Counted from the first letter of the stretch, positions 9,729 through 19,761 are shown. The stretch is 64,000 nt of DNA from Candidatus Micrarchaeia archaeon (GCA_049967695.1 JBMFSF010000001.1:925-64924), one strand, 5' to 3'. The notes: generated by a model from the sequence alone, not told the origin. Numbers and translations: made by a program.

Positions 9729-10436
9729 ATGGACGAAGATATAACTGGAATGATTCTTGCCGGAGGCTTTGGCAAGAGGCTAAGGCCTATAACAGATCAT
9801 ATCCCAAAGCCTTTGGTAGAAATAAAAGAGAACTATTGCATAATGGATAAGCAGCTTGAAGATTTCAGCAAAGCAGGAATAAAAAAAGTCATACTTCTTA
9901 CCGGTTATCTCCACAATAAAATCGAAGAAAGGTATGAAAACGAATGGAATGGTATAGAGATAAAATATTCTGTAGAAGTAGAACCTCTCGGTACGTGGGG
10001 CGCAATTAGAAAAGCATTAATAGAAAAGCATGTATCAGAAAGCGTTATAATAAGAAATGGAGATGTTGTTGCAGAAATTGATATAAACGATATAATAAGA
10101 AAAAGCAACCACCCCGTCACAATACTTGGAGCACCGATGCGTAGCCCATATGGTATATTGGATATAAATGGGGATAACAAGATAAGCGGCTTTAAGGAAA
10201 AGCCTATTCTCCCGTATTATATAAACGGGGGCTTATATTATGTGAAAAATGTTTCTGATATTTTTGAAGTAGGCAAAGAATTGCCAAACCCTTCAAGCAT
10301 AGAAAACCAGATATTCCCATTAATGGCTAATGAGGGAAAGCTTGGTATATACAAGATGCCCGAAAACGCTTTGTGGAAATCTATCGATACACAGAAAGAC
10401 CTGGAAGAGATATGGGATTTTTATAATAAAAAATAA
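9729..10436 (+). CDS. sugar-phosphate nucleotidyltransferase (glucose-1-P thymidylyl/uridylyl- or mannose-1-P guanylyl-transferase family)
   Basis: N-terminal signature GMILAGGFGKRLRPITDHIPKPLV. The ATG at 9729 is preferred over the TTG at 9687 used by the ORF track. Confidence 0.8.
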   Translation: MDEDITGMILAGGFGKRLRPITDHIPKPLVEIKENYCIMDKQLEDFSKAGIKKVILLTGYLHNKIEERYENEWNGIEIKYSVEVEPLGTWGAIRKALIEKHVSESVIIRNGDVVAEIDINDIIRKSNHPVTILGAPMRSPYGILDINGDNKISGFKEKPILPYYINGGLYYVKNVSDIFEVGKELPNPSSIENQIFPLMANEGKLGIYKMPENALWKSIDTQKDLEEIWDFYNKK

Positions 10437-10448
10437 CAAGTGTTTTGT

Positions 10449-10877
10449 ATGCACAAAGACCAATCTAAAAGCCCTAAAAACGCAAATTTAAGCTTTTATT
10501 CATATTTTGTCTACGCCATCTTTGTAGTTGTGGCATTTATCATAGTTTTTCTTGCATTTGCATATATTCATTCTGCCTACGAACCTAGCAACATCTCTTA
10601 TGTAAAATTATTAAGAATAAACGGTAGCACAGCTGTTGCATGTCCTATGTTGCCAGCGACCCCTAACAAAACCGAAGTAATGTCTGTAATATATAAAGCA
10701 GAAGAAAATCCAAATGCGTGCATTATTGCCGAACTAAATTCGTTTAATTCTAATAACTACCTTTCAAAATTCAATATAACTTACAAAGAAATGAACGGAA
10801 CTTATCTCATCAAGCTTTCAAATTCAACAATAATACTGGTTTACGGAGCAAATTCTTCAAGCTCTACTTATTCTTGA
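10449..10877 (+). CDS. small membrane-anchored extracellular protein with N-glycosylation sequons
   Basis: One N-terminal TM (FYSYFVYAIFVVVAFIIVFLAFAY) followed by several NxS/T sequons (NISY, NGST, NKTE, NITY, NGTY, NSTI, NSSS). Confidence 0.45.
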   Translation: MHKDQSKSPKNANLSFYSYFVYAIFVVVAFIIVFLAFAYIHSAYEPSNISYVKLLRINGSTAVACPMLPATPNKTEVMSVIYKAEENPNACIIAELNSFNSNNYLSKFNITYKEMNGTYLIKLSNSTIILVYGANSSSSTYS

Positions 10878-11013
10878 TATACACTTGCTATGCTCATAAA
10901 TATATGATAGCATTTATTTTTCTTGTTTTGCTTGATTAATTTCATTAAGTTGTACAGGGTATTAGCAATCTTCTCCTATATGGCTATGGCATGCTAGTTT
11001 TGCAGCTGTCAAA

Positions 11014-12171
11014 TTACAGCTTGAAATCTCTTCCCATGAAAAGAATGATTATGCCAGCAGATATCGATATGATTGCTGCATATGAATAAGAGTAAAAAGG
11101 GCTTATCATATAAAGCAGCCCCATGACAAGATTGCCTACGAACAAACCCAGACTTCTAGAAGCAGTTAACGCCCCCATTTTTCTTGACTGGCTCACTTTC
11201 GGGTTTACCAGAGATATTATTGTAGGCTCAAATGTTTCGACAACACCCAACGAAGCGCCAAGGGTTGCAACATCTATGTAATATACCCATACCGGCAGGC
11301 TTAACATGTAGGAAACCCCAAGCAGAAAAGTGCCAACACCTGAAAGCACATAGCCAAAAATTCCCAGCTTCTTGACAACGTTCTTTGCCCTTTTGCCTAT
11401 GAAGTATCCTATTAATGCGGAAACTGCAAGATAAAGCATGTAAGAGCCTATTCCTGTTATCTTTGTAGAAGCTTGTGCTATTGTAAGTATAGGAAAGCCC
11501 AGGCTATAATAGCTAAAGCCATAGAGTGCAGTTGCAATTATGACTCCTTTGTATGTGGTAGAATACTTAATTTTTATGTTTTTGGCAGCTTTTTTTATGT
11601 TTTTGGTGCCTACCTTGACAAGCGCAAGGCAGAGTGAAGATATAAGCAATGGTATTATAGTTATTATAAAAATCGTTCTGAGCGGAACATGAAGTGCCAC
11701 AAGTATTATAAGATATGTAGTCGCAACTATGCCTCCGCCTATATCTAAAGCATGCATAAATCCGAATGCCTTTCCCCTATTTTTCTTTGAAGAAGCTTCA
11801 GTAAGCATTGCCCTTCTTGCTGGAGATCTGAAGTTCCTAAACCACCATCCTATTGAAAATATGGATACTGCCTCGGCAGAGTTTGACGCCAATCCTGTAA
11901 ATGAGAGAAGAGGTATTAATAGATTGCCAAAAAGTGCAACCCTCTTTCTTCCATATCTATCTGCAGCTATGCCTCCAAAATAACCCATCAATGACCCTAT
12001 TCCATAAGATAATGCAGTAGCGATTCCGAATACATAGACTGGTGCATGCAAAACAAGGACAAGGAATATCGGGAAGCCTGCTATCAGGGCCTGGTATCCT
12101 GCATCAGCGAAGAATGCAGACAGAGATAATAAGACAACATCTTTTCCTAGTGCATCTGTTCTGCTGCTCAT
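11014..12171 (-). CDS. MFS transporter
   Basis: 385 aa with about 10-12 hydrophobic segments and MFS motif A-like GGIAADRYGRKRV between TM2 and TM3. Confidence 0.75.
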   Translation of the reverse strand: MSSRTDALGKDVVLLSLSAFFADAGYQALIAGFPIFLVLVLHAPVYVFGIATALSYGIGSLMGYFGGIAADRYGRKRVALFGNLLIPLLSFTGLASNSAEAVSIFSIGWWFRNFRSPARRAMLTEASSKKNRGKAFGFMHALDIGGGIVATTYLIILVALHVPLRTIFIITIIPLLISSLCLALVKVGTKNIKKAAKNIKIKYSTTYKGVIIATALYGFSYYSLGFPILTIAQASTKITGIGSYMLYLAVSALIGYFIGKRAKNVVKKLGIFGYVLSGVGTFLLGVSYMLSLPVWVYYIDVATLGASLGVVETFEPTIISLVNPKVSQSRKMGALTASRSLGLFVGNLVMGLLYMISPFYSYSYAAIISISAGIIILFMGRDFKL

Positions 12172-12213
12172 GCGAAAGCCGTCCTCAAATTAAAAACAAA
12201 AAAAAACAATTAA

Positions 12214-13785
12214 TTATACTGCAACCACGTTGGCAGTTGCAACTGCCCCTCTGTTGCCGCTTACTCTTACACTGTAAGTTTGGTTAACCAAAGGCACTAT
12301 TGTTATACCATGTTCGAATCTCTGTATAACTGTTCCAGCGCTGCTTGAGTTATTTGCGTTTTGCAATGGAATTATATGCTTTTCATTTCCGTACTGGATT
12401 GTCCCGTTGAACCAGAGTGTGACTGAAGAATTAGGTTTCAACATATACCCTGTGTCATTCTCCAGCTCCTCCATGTCAAAAGGCAAGTACATGCTTCCAT
12501 TTCCTGAGACTAGAAAGTTTAGTGTATTGTGGTTCCTGTTGTAGAAATTTTTTACATTTGCAAATATTCTCCAAACTTTGCCGCTGTCTCTTTCGCTGTA
12601 ATTTATGCTTGGCAATACATCTCTTGCAAACTTGCTGTTCATGAAATCAGCTATTGAAGTTTCGTAGGAGCCGTTTTCTGATGTTATGTTTAATTCATTT
12701 AAAATTGTACGGTTTTCTGTTGAATTAGTCAAGCTGCCGAACCTGAAATCACTTCCGTTAAAGATTATTCTGCTGTTTCCTTTAATACCTGCATTCCCTG
12801 TAATATTTTGAGATATCTGTTTCAGAGAGCTGTTTAAAACAGTATTAGCTCCAACAGTTATAATGTTAGTAGATATGTATCCGTTGGTTTTTATGCCAAG
12901 GCTAATGCTCTGCTGTATCGCATCTGGCATTATTGGAAACTTCATTTCCATGTAGCCATAAAGCAGTACATGCTTCAACCTTACATTTTTGTTTCCATTG
13001 TTTTTTATGCTCACTGCCAAATATGTCCTATTGCCAGAAACTTGTAATTCAACTCCAGAGATGGATATGTTAGCCATTTCCATTTTTAATGCTTTTTTGA
13101 CATTTACCGAAAGTTTTGTAACTGCTCCTAGGTGCATTACACTATTGTTGAATTCACTTCTTTCAAAGCCAGCAACTGCGACTGACGGCACCATTGTATA
13201 ATAAGTATTGTTTCCAGAAGTGTATATCTGCAATACTGTTGGGTGCATATCTAAAACTATTATCGTGTTATTCTTGCTTATGTTGCTTGCATTTATTTCA
13301 AGCACATTGCTAGGCAAGGTCAATTCATATGTGTTATTGTCTATTGTTATATTTGCACTTTTTAAATTGATTATTATTGCTTTAATTTTGAAGTTTTTTG
13401 ATATGTTTGCTACGCCAACTGTTTCAGCCATAGATGTGAGATTCATAAGGTTTATTGTGCCATTATTTAATATATCCTCTCCCAAAGTTGAATTAGTGCT
13501 GCTTATATTGCTGTCTGTGCCAGTTACAGTAATATAATTATACTTAACTATAAGTTTTTGCGTGCCGTTAGGAACTAGTGGCGGATCTGTAATCTGTACT
13601 ACCAACTGAGTAAAATTCGAACGGTTGAATATTGGTGTGCTATTAGAGGCACCAGTTTTGACTGTAGTAGTAATTCCTCCGTTTGTGCTCTGTAATGGCT
13701 TTGACGGTTTTAGTATTAATATAGCTAGCCCTACAACAACCAGTATTATAATCAACCCTGCTATAGCAGTTATTTTACTATTCAT
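12214..13785 (-). CDS. membrane-anchored extracellular glycoprotein candidate (possibly a DUF4382-like N-terminal domain)
   Basis: 523 aa. N-terminal TM anchor (AIAGLIIILVVVGLAILIL) followed by a very high density of NxS/T sequons. The segment VVQITDPPLVPNGTQKLIVKYNYITV resembles the DUF4382 start; this is a weak, from-memory match. Confidence 0.55.
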   Translation of the reverse strand: MNSKITAIAGLIIILVVVGLAILILKPSKPLQSTNGGITTTVKTGASNSTPIFNRSNFTQLVVQITDPPLVPNGTQKLIVKYNYITVTGTDSNISSTNSTLGEDILNNGTINLMNLTSMAETVGVANISKNFKIKAIIINLKSANITIDNNTYELTLPSNVLEINASNISKNNTIIVLDMHPTVLQIYTSGNNTYYTMVPSVAVAGFERSEFNNSVMHLGAVTKLSVNVKKALKMEMANISISGVELQVSGNRTYLAVSIKNNGNKNVRLKHVLLYGYMEMKFPIMPDAIQQSISLGIKTNGYISTNIITVGANTVLNSSLKQISQNITGNAGIKGNSRIIFNGSDFRFGSLTNSTENRTILNELNITSENGSYETSIADFMNSKFARDVLPSINYSERDSGKVWRIFANVKNFYNRNHNTLNFLVSGNGSMYLPFDMEELENDTGYMLKPNSSVTLWFNGTIQYGNEKHIIPLQNANNSSSAGTVIQRFEHGITIVPLVNQTYSVRVSGNRGAVATANVVAV

Positions 13786-13954
13786 ATCATTACCTCTAAT
13801 ATATTCTTTATATTGTATTGTTATTTAAACCATTGTTATTTAAACTTAATCTATTACTATTTTATTATAAAATTTAAATTTATAAAATTACTGATTACTG
13901 CAGCCCTTTTTAATTGAGAATTAAAATACGAAAATATATGCAAAACCTGCTGTG

Positions 13955-14329
13955 CTATTTAGAATCCCCAATGCATTTTATGGCTTCAACTTTTTCTATC
14001 CTACTTTCTATTGTGCCATCTTCTCCATATACAAAGAATATCGCTTTAACATCATATATTTCAGGAAAATTGTTTGGTATAGTATAAAATTTTATTTTCT
14101 TTTCTTTTGTCTCTTCTGGCTTCAATATTCCGATCCTTGCTATGCCCTTGCTCACCGCACCATCAGGGGATAAGCTTAAAGGAGATTTTGTAATTATCGC
14201 GCATTCGCACCAGTAAAGGCTGTTTGCATTATTCTTTATAGATAGCTTTAGTATGCCCTCGTTCCTAGAATATGCCTTCAGTTCCTTTGGCTCAAAATCA
14301 ATATCTATCTTTATATTCGAGGGGTCCAT
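13955..14329 (-). CDS. hypothetical protein (predicted beta-rich, cytoplasmic)
   Basis: 124-aa ORF with no signal sequence and no recognised motif. Lies downstream of a divergent AT-rich promoter region. Confidence 0.4.
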   Translation of the reverse strand: MDPSNIKIDIDFEPKELKAYSRNEGILKLSIKNNANSLYWCECAIITKSPLSLSPDGAVSKGIARIGILKPEETKEKKIKFYTIPNNFPEIYDVKAIFFVYGEDGTIESRIEKVEAIKCIGDSK

Positions 14330-14465
14330 AAAGATCCACTATATTTTTGTTCCTTTAATATTTATATTCATATAAGCAGCTGCTAAAGCAATATACTCTA
14401 TATTTATAATGCAACTGCATTTTAACACGCGAAATTGCTTCCAGTGGCTATTTCGTTATATCTTT

Positions 14466-14492
14466 TTATATTTTTATTATATTTTTATTATA
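14466..14492. repeat. 2.5 tandem copies of the 11-mer TTATATTTTTA in a divergent intergenic region
   Basis: Read directly: ttatattttta at 14466-14476 and 14477-14487, then ttata at 14488-14492. The sequence is TATA-box-like in composition. Confidence 0.6.
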
Positions 14493-14544
14493 GTAGGCAT
14501 ATCTTTTAATATGTTTAAAAAAAAATAATAATAGTGTATAGGCT

Positions 14545-15012
14545 ATGTTGAAAGAAGCTGAATTGGTCGAGAAGACAATAGTGCTTAGAAACCTAAGAGT
14601 TACGAAGGAGGTTACAGAGACCCGCAGGTCCTTGGTCAGGTGGCTTGCCCTTTCATTGGGGATAATAAATCCGGGAGAATCCAGATCTTGGTCTATACCT
14701 GTATTTGACGCTCTATTATATTTCCAATTTGAGCTTGCAAAAGATCCAACAATTGCTGAAATATCTGAATATATAGGGAAAAGATGGTCTCCAATAAATG
14801 AAAAGACCCTCAGGTACCATCTTCTTCAGCTTAAAAAAGCCTCTTTTGTACAGAATTCAAAAGGCAAATTCTTTTTCACTCTTCCGCCAAACGGCGAGAA
14901 ATATGATATACGCTCATGGATGGAAAATTATTTCAATTCCGAGATAAATCCTGTTAAAGAAAAGATAATAGAAACTGCAAAGTCAATTTCTAATAAAACT
15001 GTGATCCCTTGA
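14545..15012 (+). CDS. hypothetical protein, winged-helix-like (putative DNA-binding)
   Basis: 155 aa. The segment PTIAEISEYIGKRWSPINEKTLRYHLLQLKKASFVQNSKGKFFF looks like an HTH followed by a wing. Its stop overlaps the start of the downstream surface-protein gene. Confidence 0.45.
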   Translation: MLKEAELVEKTIVLRNLRVTKEVTETRRSLVRWLALSLGIINPGESRSWSIPVFDALLYFQFELAKDPTIAEISEYIGKRWSPINEKTLRYHLLQLKKASFVQNSKGKFFFTLPPNGEKYDIRSWMENYFNSEINPVKEKIIETAKSISNKTVIP

Positions 15013-16634
15013 ACAACAAAATTTTTTTTGCTGCATTAGCAGCAATATTGATAGCCCTATCAATAGTTTTGATTTTATACTTGTCAATGCCAAAAGCCTC
15101 CAAAGCAATAAGCATTGGCGTGTCTGTACGTTTTTTGAACAATACAAAGCCCTTATATCCATATTCTCTATCAAAGATGCAAATATACATTAAAAATAAC
15201 GGTGAAAACCCGATACTCAATCTGCCAATGATAATATACTTTAACCATGTGCCTTACTCGTTTTTTGTTTCTATTCCTGGAGATGGCTATGTAGTAAAAA
15301 ATTTCACCTACATGTATAATTCTTCAGGCACATATACATTTTCGATAAAGCCAGATCCTGCAATGCTTCTCCCTATAGCAAACAGAAGCAGTTTTAATAA
15401 AACATATATTGTGAATGTTTTAAGCAATTCAACCCTTGCCCCTTACGATTCGCTGCCACAGTCCAATGCCTCAAATTCCTCATATTTTTCAATATCTCCA
15501 AAAAGCCTCATATATCTAGGGATTACTGGCGCTTATGGCATATCTAATGAAAGGACAGCAGGAATTTCATACGCGCTAATTCCTATAATAAACTACACTA
15601 AATATGTAGGAATTGCATACAATGCTTACAAGAACGGTACTGAAGAATATGCGGTGTGGCTACAAGGCACCCTGAATCCTGCATCGTTAGAAGGGCTGCT
15701 TCTACAGGAGAATAGGAACTTTAGCGTTGAATCTGCTGGCAACGCATCGCTCCTGCTTACAAATAAAAGCTCTTTCTGCATTTTTTACAGCGGTGGCTGG
15801 ACAAAACTTGTTATTCTAAACAAGCCAATAAACGCTTCGTCATGCAGACAAATTTCTACTTTCTCTGCCAATACTAATTTCTCGTCAGGTTTAAATTTTA
15901 CTTACAAGCAAAAATTCCTGAATTTTGTTTATCTGAACTCAACACCTATGGGCCAGCTGCTATGGCATTCTTCATCAGGCGTATATCGTGCTGCAAATAT
16001 ATTTGGAAATTCTGCAGGAGTATTCCTTTCAGTAATTGTTTTCGGTCAGAATTTTTCTAAGCCTGCAAATCTCTCATGCAATGGCAGCTATTACCTCCAG
16101 GGAGCCACTAGCATATGTTCTAAGCAAGTCAATATCTCCCTTCCAAATAAATTTATAATGCTGAATCAAACAGAGGTAACCAACCATTCGATATTGACGC
16201 TATATTCATTGGTAAATAGCTCTTTATATGACAGTGCAGCATATTCTGGGATAAAGCTTATAAGCTATCTCAATCTTACGGGCCTGCATTGGAATATTTC
16301 AGAGTTCAATCCTTGCAATTTCAGCAACAAGAACCTCTCATGCAAGCTAGAGTTTTTCAATCCTTCTTCATCAATAGCAAGCCTGCTGATAGGAAACAGT
16401 TTCTCTAAATCCATAAAATTGGATGGCCTGTCTTGTGGAATACCTGGCCTTGGCCGTGTTGCAAACGAGAGCATAGAAATTCCTTCAGGATCTTCTTCAT
16501 TGGTAAATGTGAGTTGCCGTAATCTCCCCATACCTAGCACATACTCCTACATTGTAAATGCAAGCTACAGTATCAATAACAAGACATATTATACAAACGG
16601 CACCCTTAAGATAAATAGCAATTATTTCAAGTAG
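15009..16634 (+). CDS. membrane-anchored extracellular glycoprotein candidate
   Basis: 541 aa. N-terminal TM (FFAALAAILIALSIVLILYL) followed by dozens of NxS/T sequons by eye. TTG start overlaps the stop of the upstream gene. Confidence 0.55.
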   Translation: MNNKIFFAALAAILIALSIVLILYLSMPKASKAISIGVSVRFLNNTKPLYPYSLSKMQIYIKNNGENPILNLPMIIYFNHVPYSFFVSIPGDGYVVKNFTYMYNSSGTYTFSIKPDPAMLLPIANRSSFNKTYIVNVLSNSTLAPYDSLPQSNASNSSYFSISPKSLIYLGITGAYGISNERTAGISYALIPIINYTKYVGIAYNAYKNGTEEYAVWLQGTLNPASLEGLLLQENRNFSVESAGNASLLLTNKSSFCIFYSGGWTKLVILNKPINASSCRQISTFSANTNFSSGLNFTYKQKFLNFVYLNSTPMGQLLWHSSSGVYRAANIFGNSAGVFLSVIVFGQNFSKPANLSCNGSYYLQGATSICSKQVNISLPNKFIMLNQTEVTNHSILTLYSLVNSSLYDSAAYSGIKLISYLNLTGLHWNISEFNPCNFSNKNLSCKLEFFNPSSSIASLLIGNSFSKSIKLDGLSCGIPGLGRVANESIEIPSGSSSLVNVSCRNLPIPSTYSYIVNASYSINNKTYYTNGTLKINSNYFK

Positions 16635-16902
16635 TCTTAACTATGAAGTCTAAGGCAGTTTTTCCCTTTGGGAAAGCTCTTTTTCCGCCGGCTTCAACAG
16701 GCATTCCCATAAGGTCTGCTATTCTCTCTATTTCAGAAAGCTCTACAAGCCTTGGACTATAAAGCTCGTTATAATAGCTGTTTTCGATTTCGACTTTTTT
16801 TACCGAAAAGCTTAGCTGCTGAAGCATGCCTGCTCTTTTTACCCTTATTTTTACAAAGCCTCTTTTTATTATCTCGTCTTTGGAATACTCCAAAACAAGC
16901 AC
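16627..16902 (-). CDS. hypothetical 91-aa protein, probably co-transcribed with the single-repeat TBP gene
   Basis: Complete ORF starting 8 nt after the TBP-repeat gene stop on the same strand. No recognised motif. Confidence 0.4.
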   Translation of the reverse strand: MLVLEYSKDEIIKRGFVKIRVKRAGMLQQLSFSVKKVEIENSYYNELYSPRLVELSEIERIADLMGMPVEAGGKRAFPKGKTALDFIVKTT

Positions 16903-16910
16903 CTGACGGC

Positions 16911-17267
16911 TTATGCTTCGCTTATTTCTGGTGCCTTCTTTTCAGGTTTTTCATTTATTACATATTTTGAAACTACTTCTGCAACTTTTTTCAGTACTTT
17001 CTCTATGTCTGCTTTGCTTTTTGCCCCAGTGCATATCATCTTTCCATTTTTGAAAAGTATAATTGCAGCTTTTGGATCTGATACCCTATAAATAGCTCCG
17101 GGAAACTGTTCTGGCTCGTAATCTACGTCCTTCACATGTTTTGCAAGCTCATGAAGGTCTATGGTAGCATGTAAATCTCCATGTGCGACCATGTTCTGTA
17201 TCTCTATTTTTGGCTTTATTACACTGCCTGCCTCGTTTTTAACACTATTGGACATTTGCTCACTCAT
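16911..17267 (-). CDS. TATA-box-binding protein, single repeat only (half-TBP)
   Basis: 118 aa with one complete TBP repeat: IEIQNMVAHGDLHATIDL...YEPEQFPGAIYRVSDPKAAIILFKNGKMICTGAKSKADIEKV. Canonical TBPs carry two such repeats in about 180 aa. Confidence 0.8.
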   Translation of the reverse strand: MSEQMSNSVKNEAGSVIKPKIEIQNMVAHGDLHATIDLHELAKHVKDVDYEPEQFPGAIYRVSDPKAAIILFKNGKMICTGAKSKADIEKVLKKVAEVVSKYVINEKPEKKAPEISEA

Positions 17268-17457
17268 TATATTAGTTTTAAGAATAAAGAATTCTTAAAT
17301 ATTTCTATGCTAAAAATACTCTATGGTTTTTGAATAGCAAATCCCTTTTATAGGTTTTATAAATTTTGTATTGAATAAGATACTGCACAATGCTTGCAAA
17401 AAGCAGCAGACGTGCGCCTGCCAATGCTTATGAATAGAATCTATATTTCGGCTTTGC

Positions 17458-18606
17458 GTGCATAAAAACCATTTAAAACAATATGTTAAACTGAATATAG
17501 AAAAGGTGCTGGAAACGCGCACTGATTTGGAAGGAGTCATAATAGTGGGCGGAGGCCCTGCGGGTCTGATAGTTGCCAGAGAACTTGCAGGCATGGGCTT
17601 AGAAGTTGATGTTTATACCTCCGAGCAAGAGATAGGGGAAAGGGCAGCCTACGCTTCAGGAATACTCTCCGCAAAGGCAGTTTCAAATCTTGGCTTAGAT
17701 GTTTCAGCTTCTATAAAAAACAGCTTCAATGCAGCATCCTTTCATTTCTCTAATACTGATTTCACAGTAAAATCCGAATCTGCAAAAGCTTTTCTTCTTG
17801 ACAGGAAAAATCTTTCAAAGCAGCTTGCTTCTGCTGCTATGAAATCTGGCGCAAGAATATTTACAAATAGGAGAATGTCAAAAGAATTGCTTGTTGAGCT
17901 GTCTGCTAATCATATAATCGTGGGTGCTGATGGTGCAGTATCTACTGTAGCTAGCACTTTTGGTTTCCCTCCAATAGAAAGGTACGTGCTTACTTACAAG
18001 GCAGAATACAAGCTTAAAGAACCTCTACAGGATAAAAGCAAGGTGGAAATATTTTTTAGTAGGCATGCAAAAGGCTTTTTTGGATGGCTTGCTCCCCATT
18101 CATATAATAAAATAGAGGTAGGAATAGGAATAGATAGTGTTTTTAGGACCAGCAGCAAGTCTGCTTTTTCTAATTTAATTTCTGGTTTAGGCATTGACGG
18201 AGAGGTTTGTAGCGAATATGCCAGCCTTATTCCTCTGTCTTTCAGGCGCAAGACAGCAAAAGGCAATGTCCTTTTGGTAGGGGATGCAGCAGGGCAGACT
18301 AAAGCCTCTACTGGAGGAGGCATTGCTTTCAATACTGTAGCAGCAAGGCTTGCAGCAAGTTCAATTTACGAATTCCTGTCTGGTAAGAAAGACACAATAG
18401 AGTATGAGAAAAAATGGAAGCGCGCACTTCTTACAGATATGCGTATCCATTCTTTCATAAACAGGGCTTATTCTTCTCCGTCTTTTGAATTTATGGTGAA
18501 GCTTCTGAAAATAGCAGGCATGGAAAAAGCGCTGAGCAACTATGGCAATATGGATAGTCCCTCTGATACAATCAAGCGCATAATACTTAGGAGGAAGATG
18601 CAGTAG
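17458..18606 (+). CDS. geranylgeranyl reductase family FAD-dependent oxidoreductase
   Basis: FAD-binding VIIVGGGPAGLIVARELAGMGLEV, later VGADGAVSTVA and LLVGDAAGQTKASTGGGI, typical of the archaeal GGR family. GTG start in the ORF track; the exact start is uncertain. Confidence 0.75.
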   Translation: MHKNHLKQYVKLNIEKVLETRTDLEGVIIVGGGPAGLIVARELAGMGLEVDVYTSEQEIGERAAYASGILSAKAVSNLGLDVSASIKNSFNAASFHFSNTDFTVKSESAKAFLLDRKNLSKQLASAAMKSGARIFTNRRMSKELLVELSANHIIVGADGAVSTVASTFGFPPIERYVLTYKAEYKLKEPLQDKSKVEIFFSRHAKGFFGWLAPHSYNKIEVGIGIDSVFRTSSKSAFSNLISGLGIDGEVCSEYASLIPLSFRRKTAKGNVLLVGDAAGQTKASTGGGIAFNTVAARLAASSIYEFLSGKKDTIEYEKKWKRALLTDMRIHSFINRAYSSPSFEFMVKLLKIAGMEKALSNYGNMDSPSDTIKRIILRRKMQ

Positions 18607-18723
18607 GCCAAATTCCCTGTCCCTAGATTGTAAGACAACCTTTTTCGATTTCTTAAAACTACATAAAAGCCTATCTATAAATAAAGGTATAAAAATGTAA
18701 AATAACAAATATCAATGATATAA

Positions 18724-19761
18724 ATGGAAATAAGCTCTCCTGCAGTAGCGGGATATTATTATCATATATACAAAATAATATATCCATTCTTCGGAAGCAG
18801 CACCTCCCCATATATAGCACTCCTCCTCTCTCTTGTGGTTTTTGCTATACTTGTTTCTATAATACTGATAGGTTTCGCAGTTGTGGCTGGCTGGCTTGAA
18901 AGAAAAATAATGGCAAGGATACAAGCAAGGCACGGACCAACTTATTTGGGAAAGTTTGGGATACTCCAAAACCTTGCAGATGTCGTGAAGCTCCTTTCTA
19001 AAGAGGACATAAAATTCGATTACGCTGATCCTATCTATCCGTTTGTACTCCCTTTCATATTCGCTATATTCGTTATAGGTATAGTTATTATTCCTTTTAC
19101 TCCAAGCTTTGTTGGAATGTATTCCAGCTTGGCATTGCTTCTGGTTTTTGTAGTCCTTTCATTTTCTCCATTGCTCATATTCGTGGCGGCATGGGCAAGC
19201 GGCAACAAGTTTTCTTCTATAAGCGCCCAAAGATCTATAGGTGTTATGGCAAGCTATGAAATCCCTTTAATGCTTGTAATAGTTTCTGTAGGGCTGCTTG
19301 CAAACAGCTACAATTTTTCAAGTATAGTAAACTCGCAAGTTAGCATGTGGTTTGTGGCGTTGATGCCTATAGGCTTTTTTGTGTTTTTTGTAACTATGCT
19401 TGCAGAGCTTGAAAGGCCACCCTTTGATGTCAAAGAAGCAGACAATGAACTGGTAGCAGGCTGGCTTACAGATCTGAGCCCAAAATATTATGCGCTTGCT
19501 CTTATGCTCGATTATACAAGGCTGCTTTTTGGATCAATGCTTATAGCAATATTGTTCTTTGGAGGGTGGCTTGGCCCGAATTTCCTTCCGCCATATGCAT
19601 GGATGCTGGCAAAGGTATTCATAATAGTTGTTGTAATTATAGGGATAAGGGCAATGCTGAACAGGATGAGGATAGAGCGCATACTCCATCTGGGGTGGAA
19701 TGTAATGCTTCCCCTTGCAGTTATAAATCTGCTTGCAACATTTATATTTTTTATAAGATAA
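18724..19761 (+). CDS. nuoH: NADH:quinone oxidoreductase (complex I-like) subunit H
   Basis: 345 aa, polytopic. GWLERKIMARIQARHGPTYLGKFGILQNLADVVKLLSKED and ELERPPFDVKEADNELVAGW are hallmark NuoH/ND1 motifs. Confidence 0.9.
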   Translation: MEISSPAVAGYYYHIYKIIYPFFGSSTSPYIALLLSLVVFAILVSIILIGFAVVAGWLERKIMARIQARHGPTYLGKFGILQNLADVVKLLSKEDIKFDYADPIYPFVLPFIFAIFVIGIVIIPFTPSFVGMYSSLALLLVFVVLSFSPLLIFVAAWASGNKFSSISAQRSIGVMASYEIPLMLVIVSVGLLANSYNFSSIVNSQVSMWFVALMPIGFFVFFVTMLAELERPPFDVKEADNELVAGWLTDLSPKYYALALMLDYTRLLFGSMLIAILFFGGWLGPNFLPPYAWMLAKVFIIVVVIIGIRAMLNRMRIERILHLGWNVMLPLAVINLLATFIFFIR

